Source of the DNA: Chloroflexota bacterium
GTDB taxonomy: Bacteria > Chloroflexota > Limnocylindria > Limnocylindrales > CSP1-4
Length of the DNA stretch: 64,000 nt
Direction of reading: 5' to 3'
Assembly: GCA_003169735.1 (NCBI GenBank)
Contig: PNAP01000007.1
Coordinates: 43,738-107,737 of the forward strand
Shown in pieces: positions 50,029 through 59,507 of the stretch. The notes under the pieces were generated by a model. It did not search any database. It was not told the origin of the DNA and worked only from the letters and a program-made list of their open reading frames with translations. The position numbers and the translations under genes are program-made. Position 1 is the stretch's first letter. Each line of letters starts with the position of its first letter.

Positions 50029-50152
50029 GTTGGAAGGTGCCTCCTGGCCCTTGAGTCGTTTCCATGGCCGTCTCTCGACGCCAGTCGGTGCATGGTACGG
50101 GCGGAGGCGGGTTTCGGCAAGCGTGACGTTCGTCGGCGCGGTGCCGACGGCG

Positions 50153-52549
50153 TCAATGCGTCGCGAATACCTGGGTGCCGACCAACAGGATCCCGAAGAC
50201 GATGAACACGACGACGATGATGGCGACGATCGTGAGCAGGATGTTCAGGGCACGCGACCGCGTTCCCTGGTCGCTGCTCGGCACGGAACGATCCGGCTCG
50301 CCGGTCAGCAGCCAGAGCGCGCCAGGGGCTGGCGAGTCGCCCGGTGCCGACGCCGCAGCGGCGGCACGTTGACGGAACTGGGCGCGCAACTGAGCCTCAG
50401 GGGTCATCGCTCCGGTCAACGCGGCCTGCGAGCTGGCGCCGACCGACTCGAGCGATCGGCCTGGCGCCGCGCTCGGTACCAGACTCTGCAGATCCCGCGG
50501 CGCGTTGCCGGTCTCGGAGCCACGTTCCGGCGAGAGAGCCCCCGGCCCCGATGTCTCGGTATCCGGAGCTGGGCTGAGCACCGAGAAGGTCCGCCCGCCC
50601 GACGGAGACTGTCGGTCCATGATCCCCTGCTGCGACCAGCGGGGCAGCGCGGCGTCGTGGCCGCCGTCCGGGAACGGCTCGCTCAACACCGCCAGTTGTG
50701 GCGTAGGCGGCCATGCCTCTTCAGCGAGCTTGCCATCGCTGGGTGATCCGTCGAGGAACGAGGATCCTACGGGCGCAGGATCCTCTGACACCGGAGCGAG
50801 TTGAGCGGGCGCGTCGGCTTCGGGCGGGGTCGCGGCAACCCACGGCGCAGGACCCGTCGTCGAGCTCATCGGTTCCGCCGCTGGCGCTTCCGCATGCACC
50901 GTATCGACGAATGGGTCGGCGACAAGGAGTGGTTCGGCGGCTGGCGCCGCCGCGAGCGGTGGCTCGGCGACGTGCGGCTCGGACGCCGGCGCCCGGTCGA
51001 ACAGGGACGAAAGGAACGCCCGGTCGGGAGTCGGGCCGAGCGGCATCCCCTGGGGCGGCACGGCGACATGCCCATGACTGGCTGCGGCAAGATCCGCGGC
51101 CTCGGGCGCCACGGTTTCCGGGTCTGCGCCGCTGTCCTCGGGTGCGGCTTCCGAGTCGGCCTCGGTGACCTCTGCCTCAGCCGCGGGCAGCCCAAGCGCC
51201 TCGAGCCGTTGGGCGATGCGTCGCTCGGAGGAATCGGTGGTTGGCGGTCGAAGCGAACGGAAGGCGAATCCCAGGTCGGTCGGATCCGCGGCATCGAAAT
51301 CGGTCAGCGCCGTGGCTCCATCCGGCATGGGCGCATCGGCACTCGTCCCGGGCTCGGTCATGGCAACCGAGACAGGAGTCTCAGCGGAGACGGGAGTCTC
51401 AGCCGACGCAGCAGCGTCGGCAGGGGCGGGCATCTCGGCCGGTTCGATCCACCAATGGTCATCAAGAGGGGTGGGTGGCGACACGGCGTCAAAACCGTCC
51501 TCCGTGTCGTGGCCGTCGTCGAGGTGCTCCACCGATGGAGCCTCTGTCGGCACATCCGGAGTTCCGTCCACCGGCCCGGCATCCGCCGCCGTGTCCTGAG
51601 ACATAGGCTCGGTGCTGGGCGGCTCGTCCGGCTCGGCGTCAGGCGCGGTCGTGGCCGCCGCCGCTGTCGTCGGAGGTGCCACGGCGGATCGCCATGCCGG
51701 GTGAACCGGTAGTGATGAGGGCGTCTCTGGGGCCGTCGGATGGGTCCAGTCGTCGGCGTCGAAGGTTCGATGGGCGTCGGCCGTCGTGTACGGCTGGACC
51801 TCGAACGGCTCGTGCGCATCTGGGCCAGTGTCGAGCAGCTCGACATCGACCGGCAGCGCGGCGTCCCTACCCGCCGCGTATCCCGCGACCGCATCGTGAG
51901 GCACCTCTACCTCATGCGGGACATCCACGTCTTCGGCCTCGGGCACCGCGATGGTTTCATGGTCGAACCCGGTCGATTCCATCGGCGCGGTCCAGGCTGA
52001 TGCCGATCCAGGCTCGGCGGCTGCCTGCGCGGGCATCGATGGCATTCGGGTCGGCGCTCCGAAGACAGACGCCGGATGCGGCGTGATCGCCGGCGTGGAG
52101 GCGCGCGGGATCCACGCCGAAGCCAGAGATCGCGCCAGCGACGGAGCGGTTGCCGGCGGTTGACCGACCGACGGATCGGTCGCGATCTGCGGACTCAAGA
52201 CTGCCGCGGCGATGACCGGGGCATCGGCATCGGGGTCCCAGGGTTCGGCAGCAGGATCGCCGGCCTCGGGCTCAGCCGGCGCCATCGGATGGTCCCAGGC
52301 ATCTTCGGGCGGCACGATCGGCGCCGATGCGGACGGTGCGAGCGGCTGGAGATAGGGCGGCGCCAGCGGCGCGAAGTCGCGCGGCGGCGCGAAGTCGGGC
52401 GGCGGGGCGAGATCGGGCGGCGGCCCGACCGAGAACCCGGCGTGTTCGGCGGCCGAGGCCACGTCAGGGAGTCGCCACGGATCGTCTCCGCGCGCCGTGT
52501 CGTCATCCGGTTCCGGTGTCGTCCAGGGCGTGCCGCTCATCTCATTCAT
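50153..52549 (-). CDS. large acidic Pro/Ala/Asp/Glu-rich disordered protein with a single C-terminal transmembrane anchor
   Basis: ~800-aa low-complexity ORF ending in the hydrophobic helix '[26 protein letters not shown]'. Start ATG overlaps the thiolase stop (ATGA at 52546-52549). Plus-strand alternatives are Arg-rich shadow ORFs. Confidence 0.55.
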   Translation of the reverse strand: MNEMSGTPWTTPEPDDDTARGDDPWRLPDVASAAEHAGFSVGPPPDLAPPPDFAPPRDFAPLAPPYLQPLAPSASAPIVPPEDAWDHPMAPAEPEAGDPAAEPWDPDADAPVIAAAVLSPQIATDPSVGQPPATAPSLARSLASAWIPRASTPAITPHPASVFGAPTRMPSMPAQAAAEPGSASAWTAPMESTGFDHETIAVPEAEDVDVPHEVEVPHDAVAGYAAGRDAALPVDVELLDTGPDAHEPFEVQPYTTADAHRTFDADDWTHPTAPETPSSLPVHPAWRSAVAPPTTAAAATTAPDAEPDEPPSTEPMSQDTAADAGPVDGTPDVPTEAPSVEHLDDGHDTEDGFDAVSPPTPLDDHWWIEPAEMPAPADAAASAETPVSAETPVSVAMTEPGTSADAPMPDGATALTDFDAADPTDLGFAFRSLRPPTTDSSERRIAQRLEALGLPAAEAEVTEADSEAAPEDSGADPETVAPEAADLAAASHGHVAVPPQGMPLGPTPDRAFLSSLFDRAPASEPHVAEPPLAAAPAAEPLLVADPFVDTVHAEAPAAEPMSSTTGPAPWVAATPPEADAPAQLAPVSEDPAPVGSSFLDGSPSDGKLAEEAWPPTPQLAVLSEPFPDGGHDAALPRWSQQGIMDRQSPSGGRTFSVLSPAPDTETSGPGALSPERGSETGNAPRDLQSLVPSAAPGRSLESVGASSQAALTGAMTPEAQLRAQFRQRAAAAASAPGDSPAPGALWLLTGEPDRSVPSSDQGTRSRALNILLTIVAIIVVVFIVFGILLVGTQVFATH

Positions 52550-53796
52550 GTGGAAGCTCCCGTTGGATCGAGGCGCTCGACGACGGTGGCGATCCCCTGC
52601 CCCACGCCGATGCACATCGTGGCGAGCCCGTAACGGCCATTGCGTCGTTCGAGTTCATGGACCAGCATCGTGATCAACCGGGCGCCGCTCATGCCGAGCG
52701 GATGCCCGATGGCGATCGCGCCGCCGTTGACATTGACCTTGTCGCCGTCCAGGCCGAGCTCGCGGATGCAAGCGATCGACTGGCTGGCAAAGGCTTCATT
52801 GAGTTCGATCAGGTCCAGATCACCGACCGACAGACCAGCCCGACCGAGCGCTTTACGGGTGGCCGGGATGGGCCCGAGGCCCATGACCGATGGGTCGACG
52901 CCGGCCACAGCGGTCGAGACGATCCGCGCCAGCGGGCGCAAGCCTCGTGATCGGGCGAACTCGGCGTCGACGATGACGACCGCGCTCGCGCCATCGTTGA
53001 TGCCGGAACTATTCCCAGCCGTGACCGTGCCCGTCCCGTCGGTTCGAAAGGCGGGCTTGAGCCGAGCCAGCGCGTCGATGCTGGTGTCAGGCCGCGGATG
53101 CTCGTCGCGGTCGACGACGATCGGCTCGCCCTTCGGCTGTGGCACCGTCACCGGCACGATCTGGTCGGCGAAGCGACCTGCCTCGATGGCGGCGATCGTC
53201 CGCTGGTGACTCATCAATGCGAACGCGTCCTGGTCCTCGCGGCTGACGCGGCACTGGGCCGCGACGTTGTCTGCCGTCTCGCCCATCGAGTAGGGGTGGT
53301 ACTGCTCGGTGAGCTTCGGGTTCACGAAACGCCAGCCGAGCGTCGTGTCGACGGCCTTGCGGTCGCCGCGCTCGAACGGGCCCTCGGACTTCAGCGTGAC
53401 GTACGGTGCCCGAGTCATCGATTCGACGCCGCCGGCGACGAAGGCATCACCGTCGCCGACCATGATGGCGTGGGCTGCGCTGTTGATCGCCTGCAGACCC
53501 GAGCCGCAGAGCCGGTTCACAGTCTGGCCGCCGGTCTCGATCGAGAGGCCCGCCATCAGCCCGGCCATGCGAGCCACATTGCGATTGTCCTCGCCGGCCT
53601 GGTTCGCGGCGCCGAGGATGACATCCTCGACAAGGGACGGTTCAAGGCCGGAGCGCTCCACCGCAGCGCGGATCACGAGTGCCGCCAGATCGTCCGGGCG
53701 CACGCCGCGCAGGGCTCCGCCGTACCGCCCAACGGGGGTACGTACGGCGCTGATGATCCACGCTTCGCGGAGCGGGCGCGCGAGATCTCGGGTCAC
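52546..53796 (-). CDS. acetyl-CoA C-acyltransferase (thiolase)
   Basis: '[11 protein letters not shown]' active-site Cys and the C-terminal '[17 protein letters not shown]' / '[10 protein letters not shown]' thiolase signatures. Confidence 0.9.
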   Translation of the reverse strand: MTRDLARPLREAWIISAVRTPVGRYGGALRGVRPDDLAALVIRAAVERSGLEPSLVEDVILGAANQAGEDNRNVARMAGLMAGLSIETGGQTVNRLCGSGLQAINSAAHAIMVGDGDAFVAGGVESMTRAPYVTLKSEGPFERGDRKAVDTTLGWRFVNPKLTEQYHPYSMGETADNVAAQCRVSREDQDAFALMSHQRTIAAIEAGRFADQIVPVTVPQPKGEPIVVDRDEHPRPDTSIDALARLKPAFRTDGTGTVTAGNSSGINDGASAVVIVDAEFARSRGLRPLARIVSTAVAGVDPSVMGLGPIPATRKALGRAGLSVGDLDLIELNEAFASQSIACIRELGLDGDKVNVNGGAIAIGHPLGMSGARLITMLVHELERRNGRYGLATMCIGVGQGIATVVERLDPTGAST

Positions 53797-53860
53797 GGCG
53801 TGATTGTAGGCTCCGCTCCGAACCGCCCCAGCATGACCCGAAGGTCACCTGACCGAACCG

Positions 53861-55045
53861 TCAGATGGTGGCGATGCGCCACAGTCCCTCCGCCGGAGTG
53901 AAGCGCCCCGCGGCGTCCGGTTCGTGGCTGCGGGCGAGGCGAGCGAGGCCCTCGACGACGACGCGCAGACCGAGGTCGCCGGCACGCTCGAACGGCCCCT
54001 TGGGATGACCGGCGCCGAGTCGCATGGCACGGTCGATGTCCGGCGGCTCCGCGACCTGTTCGTCAACGGCGTGGTACGCCTCGTTGATGATGGCGAGCTC
54101 GATGCGGGCGGTGATCCTGGCGGCCGGCGCGGCGCCGCCCGACTTCGGGTGAGCGGGCGCGTACGTCGTCGGCAGGTCGGCGATACCAAGGGCGCCGTCC
54201 GCCGCGTAGCGGTAGAAGCCGATACCCGTCTTGCGGCCGAGCCGCCCAGCCTCGACCATCGCCGACTGGAGCGGCGACGGACGGAACCTCGGCGCTTCGT
54301 CGAACGCCGCGTAGAGCGACCGCGCCACGGCGAGATTGACGTCGATGCCGACAAGGTCCATCAGCCGGAAGGGACCCATCGGGTAACCCGCGGCCTCCAT
54401 CGCTTCGTCGACATCCTCGATGGCGGCCTCGCCCGCATCGACGAAACGGAGCGCCTCCAGCGTGAACGGGCGAATGACCCGGTTGACGATGAAGCCCGGC
54501 GAATCGGCGCAGACCACCGGCGTCTTGCCCAGGCCGCGGCAGAACGCGACGGCGCGATCGACCGTCTCCGCAGCGGTCGCGTCGGCCGCGACGACCTCGA
54601 CGAGCGCCATGGCCGGCGCGGGATTGAAGAAGTGCAGGCCGACGACACGGCCCGGCCGCGAGGTGACAGCGGCGATCTCGCCGACCGAGAGGGCACTCGT
54701 GTTGGTGGCCAGGATGGCGTCGGGTCGGGCCAGCCCATCGAGCGCCCGGAAGATGGTCCGCTTGAGCTCGATGTCCTCGAGCGCAGCCTCGATGACCAGG
54801 TCGGCTTCCGCCGCTACTGCATCGAGCGTGTGCGCGTTGCGCAGACGAGCTCTGGCAGCCGCCGCGTCGTCGGCCGGCACCCGCCCCCGGGCGACCCCGC
54901 GCTCGAGGCCGGCCTCGACACGTTCGCGCCCGCGGCCGATGGCCGCGTCATCGATGTCGTAGAGCAGCACCTCGTGGCCTGCCTGGAGGCAGACCTGGGC
55001 GATGCCGGCGCCCATCGTGCCCGCCCCGACGACGCCGACGATCAC
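53861..55045 (-). CDS. 3-hydroxyacyl-CoA dehydrogenase family protein
   Basis: 'VIVGVVGAGTMGAGIAQV' NAD-binding Rossmann motif, GTG start. The C-terminal domain is duplicated, as in 3-hydroxybutyryl-CoA dehydrogenase-like enzymes. Confidence 0.8.
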   Translation of the reverse strand: MIVGVVGAGTMGAGIAQVCLQAGHEVLLYDIDDAAIGRGRERVEAGLERGVARGRVPADDAAAARARLRNAHTLDAVAAEADLVIEAALEDIELKRTIFRALDGLARPDAILATNTSALSVGEIAAVTSRPGRVVGLHFFNPAPAMALVEVVAADATAAETVDRAVAFCRGLGKTPVVCADSPGFIVNRVIRPFTLEALRFVDAGEAAIEDVDEAMEAAGYPMGPFRLMDLVGIDVNLAVARSLYAAFDEAPRFRPSPLQSAMVEAGRLGRKTGIGFYRYAADGALGIADLPTTYAPAHPKSGGAAPAARITARIELAIINEAYHAVDEQVAEPPDIDRAMRLGAGHPKGPFERAGDLGLRVVVEGLARLARSHEPDAAGRFTPAEGLWRIATI

Positions 55046-55049
55046 TTCG

Positions 55050-55844
55050 TTACTCGCCGGAGAATCGGGCCGGGCGCTTCTCGATGAACGCCGCGATGCC
55101 CTCGGCGTGGTCGCGCGATCGGCCGGCGACCGCCTGGAGCTGTGCCTCCAGCTCAAGCTGCGAAGCCAGGTCGGATTCGAACGCGTGGTTAAGGGCTCGC
55201 TTGGTGAGGGCGAGGGCGAGTGGCGCGGCAGCCGCCAGCCGGAGGGCCAGGGCGCGTGCCTCCTCCCCCAGGCGCGCTGCCGGCACGACGCGGTTGACCA
55301 GGCCGACGCGCTCAGCCGTGGCGGCGTCCATGGGCTCGGCCAGGAAGGTCATCTCGGCCGCCCGGGCGTAGCCGATCAGCCGCGGCAGGAACCAGGTCGA
55401 GCCGGTGTCCGGGACCAGCCCGATGCGCGCGAACGCCTCCAGGAAGCGCGCGTCCTCGCTGGCGATGACGAGGTCGCAGGCGAGCACGAGCGAACAACCC
55501 GCGCCCGCCGCGACCCCGTTGACCGCTGCAACGACTGGTTTGTCGAGCTGACGGATGGCCAGGATGATCGGGTTGAAGCGCTCGCGAAGTTCAGTGCCCA
55601 GGTCGGCCGCGGCTCCGGCGCCCGCTCCGTCGGCCGCAACGCGCTCCTTGAGATCCTGGCCCGCGTTGAAGGCGCGGCCCGCTCCGGTGATGATGACGAC
55701 GCGAACGTCACGATTCCGCGCGGCCGACTTGAGCGCGGCCAGCAGCTCTTCCTTCATCGCTCGGTCGAACGCGTTGAGGGCGTCGGGCCGGTCGAGGGTG
55801 ATGGTCAGGATGTTCTCGGCAGTCTCCGTGCGGATGGCGGGCAC
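55050..55844 (-). CDS. enoyl-CoA hydratase/isomerase (crotonase) 1
   Basis: 'VVIITGAGRAFNAGQDLKE' crotonase signature. Confidence 0.85.
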   Translation of the reverse strand: MPAIRTETAENILTITLDRPDALNAFDRAMKEELLAALKSAARNRDVRVVIITGAGRAFNAGQDLKERVAADGAGAGAAADLGTELRERFNPIILAIRQLDKPVVAAVNGVAAGAGCSLVLACDLVIASEDARFLEAFARIGLVPDTGSTWFLPRLIGYARAAEMTFLAEPMDAATAERVGLVNRVVPAARLGEEARALALRLAAAAPLALALTKRALNHAFESDLASQLELEAQLQAVAGRSRDHAEGIAAFIEKRPARFSGE

Positions 55845-55848
55845 GACG

Positions 55849-56646
55849 CTAGCGGCCCTTCCACTCGGGGCGGCGCTTCTCGATGAAGGCGCGCATCCCT
55901 TCCTTCTGGTCGTCGGAGGCGAAGAGCAGGAAGAAGTTGCGACGCTCGAATTCGAGGCCGGCCTCGAGCGACAGCTCGTATGCCCGATTCACGGCCTCCT
56001 TCGCGGCGCGGACCGCCAGGGGCGGCAGAGCGGCGATCTCGCCGGCAAGCGCAAGTGCGGCCGAGAGTGTCTCCTCGCGGGCGACCACGCGCGTCACCAG
56101 GCCGCGCGCCTCGGCCTCGCGCGCCGAGAGGTTGCTCCCCGTCAGGATCATCTCCATCGCCTTGGCTTTGCCGAGGGCGCGAGTCAGGCGTTGCGTGCCG
56201 CCAGCACCGGGCATGACGCCGATCTTGATCTCGGGCTGGCCGAAGACCGCGTCGTCCGAGGCGATGATCATGTCGCACGCCATGGCCAGTTCGCAGCCGC
56301 CACCGAGCGCGAAGCCGCGCACGGCGGCGATGATCGGCACGCGTACGCTCCGGATGCGCTCCCAGCGCGCGAAGCTGTTGGCGATGCCAAGCGTGACCGG
56401 CGTCGCCTCGGCCATCTCCTTGATGTCCGCGCCGGCAGCGAATGCTCGGTCGCCCGCGCCGGTGATGACAACGCACCGGCAGTCGGCGTCCGAGTCCAGG
56501 CGCTCCAGCCCTTCGACGAGCTCCTGCATCGTCTGGACGTCGAGCGCGTTGAGCGCCTCGGGCCGATCCAACGTCAGGAGCGCGACGCCATCGACCGCCG
56601 CGCCCGAGTGAAAATGCGTCGCCGGGAAGTCGACCTTGACCGTCAT
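55849..56646 (-). CDS. enoyl-CoA hydratase/isomerase (crotonase) 2
   Basis: 'VVITGAGDRAFAAGADIKEM' crotonase signature. Confidence 0.85.
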   Translation of the reverse strand: MTVKVDFPATHFHSGAAVDGVALLTLDRPEALNALDVQTMQELVEGLERLDSDADCRCVVITGAGDRAFAAGADIKEMAEATPVTLGIANSFARWERIRSVRVPIIAAVRGFALGGGCELAMACDMIIASDDAVFGQPEIKIGVMPGAGGTQRLTRALGKAKAMEMILTGSNLSAREAEARGLVTRVVAREETLSAALALAGEIAALPPLAVRAAKEAVNRAYELSLEAGLEFERRNFFLLFASDDQKEGMRAFIEKRRPEWKGR

Positions 56647-57449
56647 CAGCCGGCCTCCTCGGTGGCCCTGCGCAGCGCCTCGTAGTCGACGCCGCGTTTG
56701 GCCGCGAAACTCTCGAGGCCCTCAGCGACTTCGGCCGAGCCAGCATGGATGGTCAGCCACTCGCGCGCCATGCGGATGGTCATCGACCACGAAAGGTCCT
56801 TCCAGAAATCGAGGCTGACCTTGGTGGCACGGACGATCTCGGGCATCTTGGCGAGCAACTCGTCGCAGTAGTCGTCCACGGCCAAGTCCAGCTCCGCGCG
56901 CGGGACGACGCGGTTGACCCAGCCCCAATCGAGCGCCTGCGCGGCCGACACGGGTCGGTTGAGGAGCAGGATCTCCCGTGCCCGCCGATCACCGACGAGC
57001 AACGCCATCCACTGCGTGGCGCCGCCGGCAGGAAGACTGCCGCGGGACGGACCGACGTGACGGAACACGACGTCATCCGCGGCGATGGCGAGGTCGCACG
57101 CCAGGTTCAGTTCGTTGCCGCCGCCGACGGTCATGCCATTCAGCCGTGCGATGGTCGGCTTGGCGCAGCCCTTGACCGCCTCGATGGCCTCGATGAAGCG
57201 CGACATCCAGTCCCAGTAGTCGTTGGGACGCGCCAGGAACGCCTTCTGCTCGGCCAGGTCGGCGCCGGTGCAGAACGCTCGGTCGCCGGTCCCGGTGAGG
57301 ACGACGACACCGATGCCATGATCGGCCGAAGCCTCGCGGAAGTGGTCGCGGATGGCCTCGAGCGTCGGGCGGTCGAGCGCGTTGAGGACGGCCGGGCGAT
57401 CGAGGCGCACCGTTGCCCGGCGGCCCACGACCGTGTAGTGGACCATCAC
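56646..57449 (-). CDS. enoyl-CoA hydratase/isomerase (crotonase) 3
   Basis: 'VVVLTGTGDRAFCTGADLAEQ' crotonase signature. Confidence 0.85.
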   Translation of the reverse strand: MMVHYTVVGRRATVRLDRPAVLNALDRPTLEAIRDHFREASADHGIGVVVLTGTGDRAFCTGADLAEQKAFLARPNDYWDWMSRFIEAIEAVKGCAKPTIARLNGMTVGGGNELNLACDLAIAADDVVFRHVGPSRGSLPAGGATQWMALLVGDRRAREILLLNRPVSAAQALDWGWVNRVVPRAELDLAVDDYCDELLAKMPEIVRATKVSLDFWKDLSWSMTIRMAREWLTIHAGSAEVAEGLESFAAKRGVDYEALRRATEEAG

Positions 57450-57787
57450 GCGGCGGGACCCGTGCCGGGACCCGCATCCGGCTCCAGCGTCAGCAGGGTG
57501 AGCATCCCGCCGGGCGCGATCTCGCGGAGGTTCCGCCCCGCCGCGCGCATCTCGTCGCTGACCATCGCCGCGTCGAGGGCCGCGCGGTCATCGAAAAGCA
57601 TCTCCGTGACGATGACCAGATCCGTCTGGCCGTACGCCGCCGAGGCACGGTTGGCGGTCATCCCCCGCAGGCCGGGCACTCGCGCCATGAGCGGCAGATG
57701 CTCAGCGTAGTAGCGGGCGCGGAACGTCTCGAGTGCCTCGTCGCCGCCCTCGGGTCGGCGAAAGAGCGCCATCAGTGTCACCGACAT
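57446..57787 (-). CDS. EthD-domain (Dabb-like) protein
   Basis: Internal ATG 'MSVTLMALFRRPEG...FRARYYAEHLPLMARVPGLRG' fits the EthD pattern. The upstream part of the track ORF is Arg-rich junk. 4-bp overlap with the crotonase 3 start. Confidence 0.55.
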   Translation of the reverse strand: MSVTLMALFRRPEGGDEALETFRARYYAEHLPLMARVPGLRGMTANRASAAYGQTDLVIVTEMLFDDRAALDAAMVSDEMRAAGRNLREIAPGGMLTLLTLEPDAGPGTGPAA

Positions 57788-57821
57788 GCTGCCTGCCCTC
57801 CGCTTCCCACGCCACGAGTAT

Positions 57822-58754
57822 CTACCACGCGTCCCACCATTCGGGCTCCCGCGCGACGGCCAAGCCCTCGCCCATGCCCTCGCCGTCGATGCCGCCCGCG
57901 ATAGACGGCCGCGCGATGGCCGGGTCGAGATCGGCGGCGCCGGACGTCGGAAGCCGATGCGCCGTCTTCGGAGCGACACCGGCGCGCTCACGGGCGAGGT
58001 GCTCGGTCGACCGATAGAAGGCGCCGGCGGCTTGGTTGAACAGCGCCGGCTGGCTGACCATCACCTGGTGCGGGCAATCCGGGGCGACCAGCAGCCGCGC
58101 ATCCGGCAACTGGCGGTGGAGCGCCGCGGCGTGGTCGATCGGCACGAAGATGTCGCGATCCCCATAAGCGAGAAGGATCGGCACGCGGGCGTTGCGCAGC
58201 TCGGCCGGGGTGAGCAGCGGCTGGGCGGCGACATCCGCGGCGATTGCGGGGAGCAGCCGCTTCCACGCCCCGGCGCCCTGCACCGGTCCGTGGCGCCGCT
58301 CCAGTTGCGCGGCCCACGCGGGCTCGTCCCGCTCGATGCGAATCGGATCCATCAGCCGCGCGGCGACCCGGGTGCGTGGCTCGCGCTGATTGTCGATGCC
58401 GCAGATGATGGCGGTGCGCAACCGTTCGGCATGGTGCGTCGCGTACGTCAGCGCCGTCATCGCGCCCATCGAGAACGCGGCGATGTGGAACGTCTCCAGG
58501 TTCATGGCATCCACGAACGCGGCGAGATCCGCGACGAGCACCTCCTTGTCGAAACCGTTGGCGGCGTCCCAGCGCGTTCCGCCGTGGCCGCGCGCATCGA
58601 CCAGGTAAAGGCGGAAGGCGCGGCGGAAGAGGGGCCGTTGCGCCGACCAGTCCTCCAGCGCCGTCGACGATGCCCCGTGGAGCATGACCAGCGGCGGACC
58701 CGCGCCCTCCGCGCTGTACGAGATGTCGATGCCGTTGGCGTGGACGAGCGGCAC
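57822..58754 (-). CDS. alpha/beta-fold hydrolase
   Basis: 'GPPLVMLHGASS' (HG oxyanion motif) and 'AAFSMGAM' (nucleophile elbow GxSxG). GTG start one nt after the upstream TGA. Confidence 0.75.
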   Translation of the reverse strand: MPLVHANGIDISYSAEGAGPPLVMLHGASSTALEDWSAQRPLFRRAFRLYLVDARGHGGTRWDAANGFDKEVLVADLAAFVDAMNLETFHIAAFSMGAMTALTYATHHAERLRTAIICGIDNQREPRTRVAARLMDPIRIERDEPAWAAQLERRHGPVQGAGAWKRLLPAIAADVAAQPLLTPAELRNARVPILLAYGDRDIFVPIDHAAALHRQLPDARLLVAPDCPHQVMVSQPALFNQAAGAFYRSTEHLARERAGVAPKTAHRLPTSGAADLDPAIARPSIAGGIDGEGMGEGLAVAREPEWWDAW

Positions 58755-58755
58755 G

Positions 58756-59325
58756 TCAGGTCGCGTCCGGCTTGCCGAGCAGCTCGGCTGTCTCGGCGTG
58801 CTCGATGTGCAGGTAGCGGCCGCGGAAATAGAGCAGCGGCCACGCGTCGGATTCGCGTGCCCCGAGGTCGACGATGCGTCCGAGGTAGAGCGTGTGGTCA
58901 CCGGCTTCGATGACCCGCTCGAGATCGCAGATGACGTATGCCAGCGCCGCATCGAGGATGGGCAGGCCGCCCGCGCCCTCGGCGTAGGCAGCGTTGCAGA
59001 AGGCGGTCCGCGGTAGGCGCGACGGGGCACCCGCGAAACAGTCGGACAAGTCGGTGCTTTCCTCGTCGAGGATGTTGACGGCGAAACGGCCGCCCGCGGC
59101 GATGACCGGGTGGATGGTCCGCTCTCCACCGACGGCGATGAGCACCAGCGGCGGATCGAGCGAGATCGATGTGAAGCTGTTGACGGTCGTGCCGATGGGC
59201 TGACGGGTGACCGTTCCGTCGGCGGCGGACTGCTCGTCGATGGCCGTGACCACGGTCACCCCGGTCGGGTATCGGCCCAGCACGGCGCGGTATCGGAACG
59301 GATCGATGGTGGGCGGTGCGGCCAT
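58756..59325 (-). CDS. flavin reductase-family protein (NAD(P)H:flavin oxidoreductase, HpaC-like)
   Basis: '[19 protein letters not shown]...[17 protein letters not shown]' is the split-barrel flavin reductase domain. Confidence 0.8.
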   Translation of the reverse strand: MAAPPTIDPFRYRAVLGRYPTGVTVVTAIDEQSAADGTVTRQPIGTTVNSFTSISLDPPLVLIAVGGERTIHPVIAAGGRFAVNILDEESTDLSDCFAGAPSRLPRTAFCNAAYAEGAGGLPILDAALAYVICDLERVIEAGDHTLYLGRIVDLGARESDAWPLLYFRGRYLHIEHAETAELLGKPDAT

Positions 59326-59507
59326 CGGCAGAGTCTAGTCAAAGCCACGATTTGTTCCCGAGGCTCCGCGTGAAGGTGCCTTTCGGCACTTGTCGAAGAG
59401 CCGCGCCGACTGCTTTTATTCAGGGGGATTCCGTGCGGCACCGTGGCTCAGCAGCCGCTGGGGCGGCTGGAGTGTTCGATGCCCCGGACGTTGGGGAGGA
59501 CCATCGA

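Noticed and set aside
50713-51712. Plus-strand ORFs (151 aa and 303 aa, Arg/Gly-rich) inside the acidic-protein locus
   Set aside because: Composition 'RRRRTRRR/GRGRG' is a classic wrong-frame product of GC-rich DNA. The minus-strand frame ends in a convincing TM helix and is coupled to the thiolase.
59326-59507. Small hairpins in the leader of the large surface-protein gene (gtgcctttcggcac; cagccgctggggcggctg)
   Set aside because: There is no match I can make to a known riboswitch class by eye. They are probably ordinary leader structure. Noted in case an Rfam scan says otherwise.
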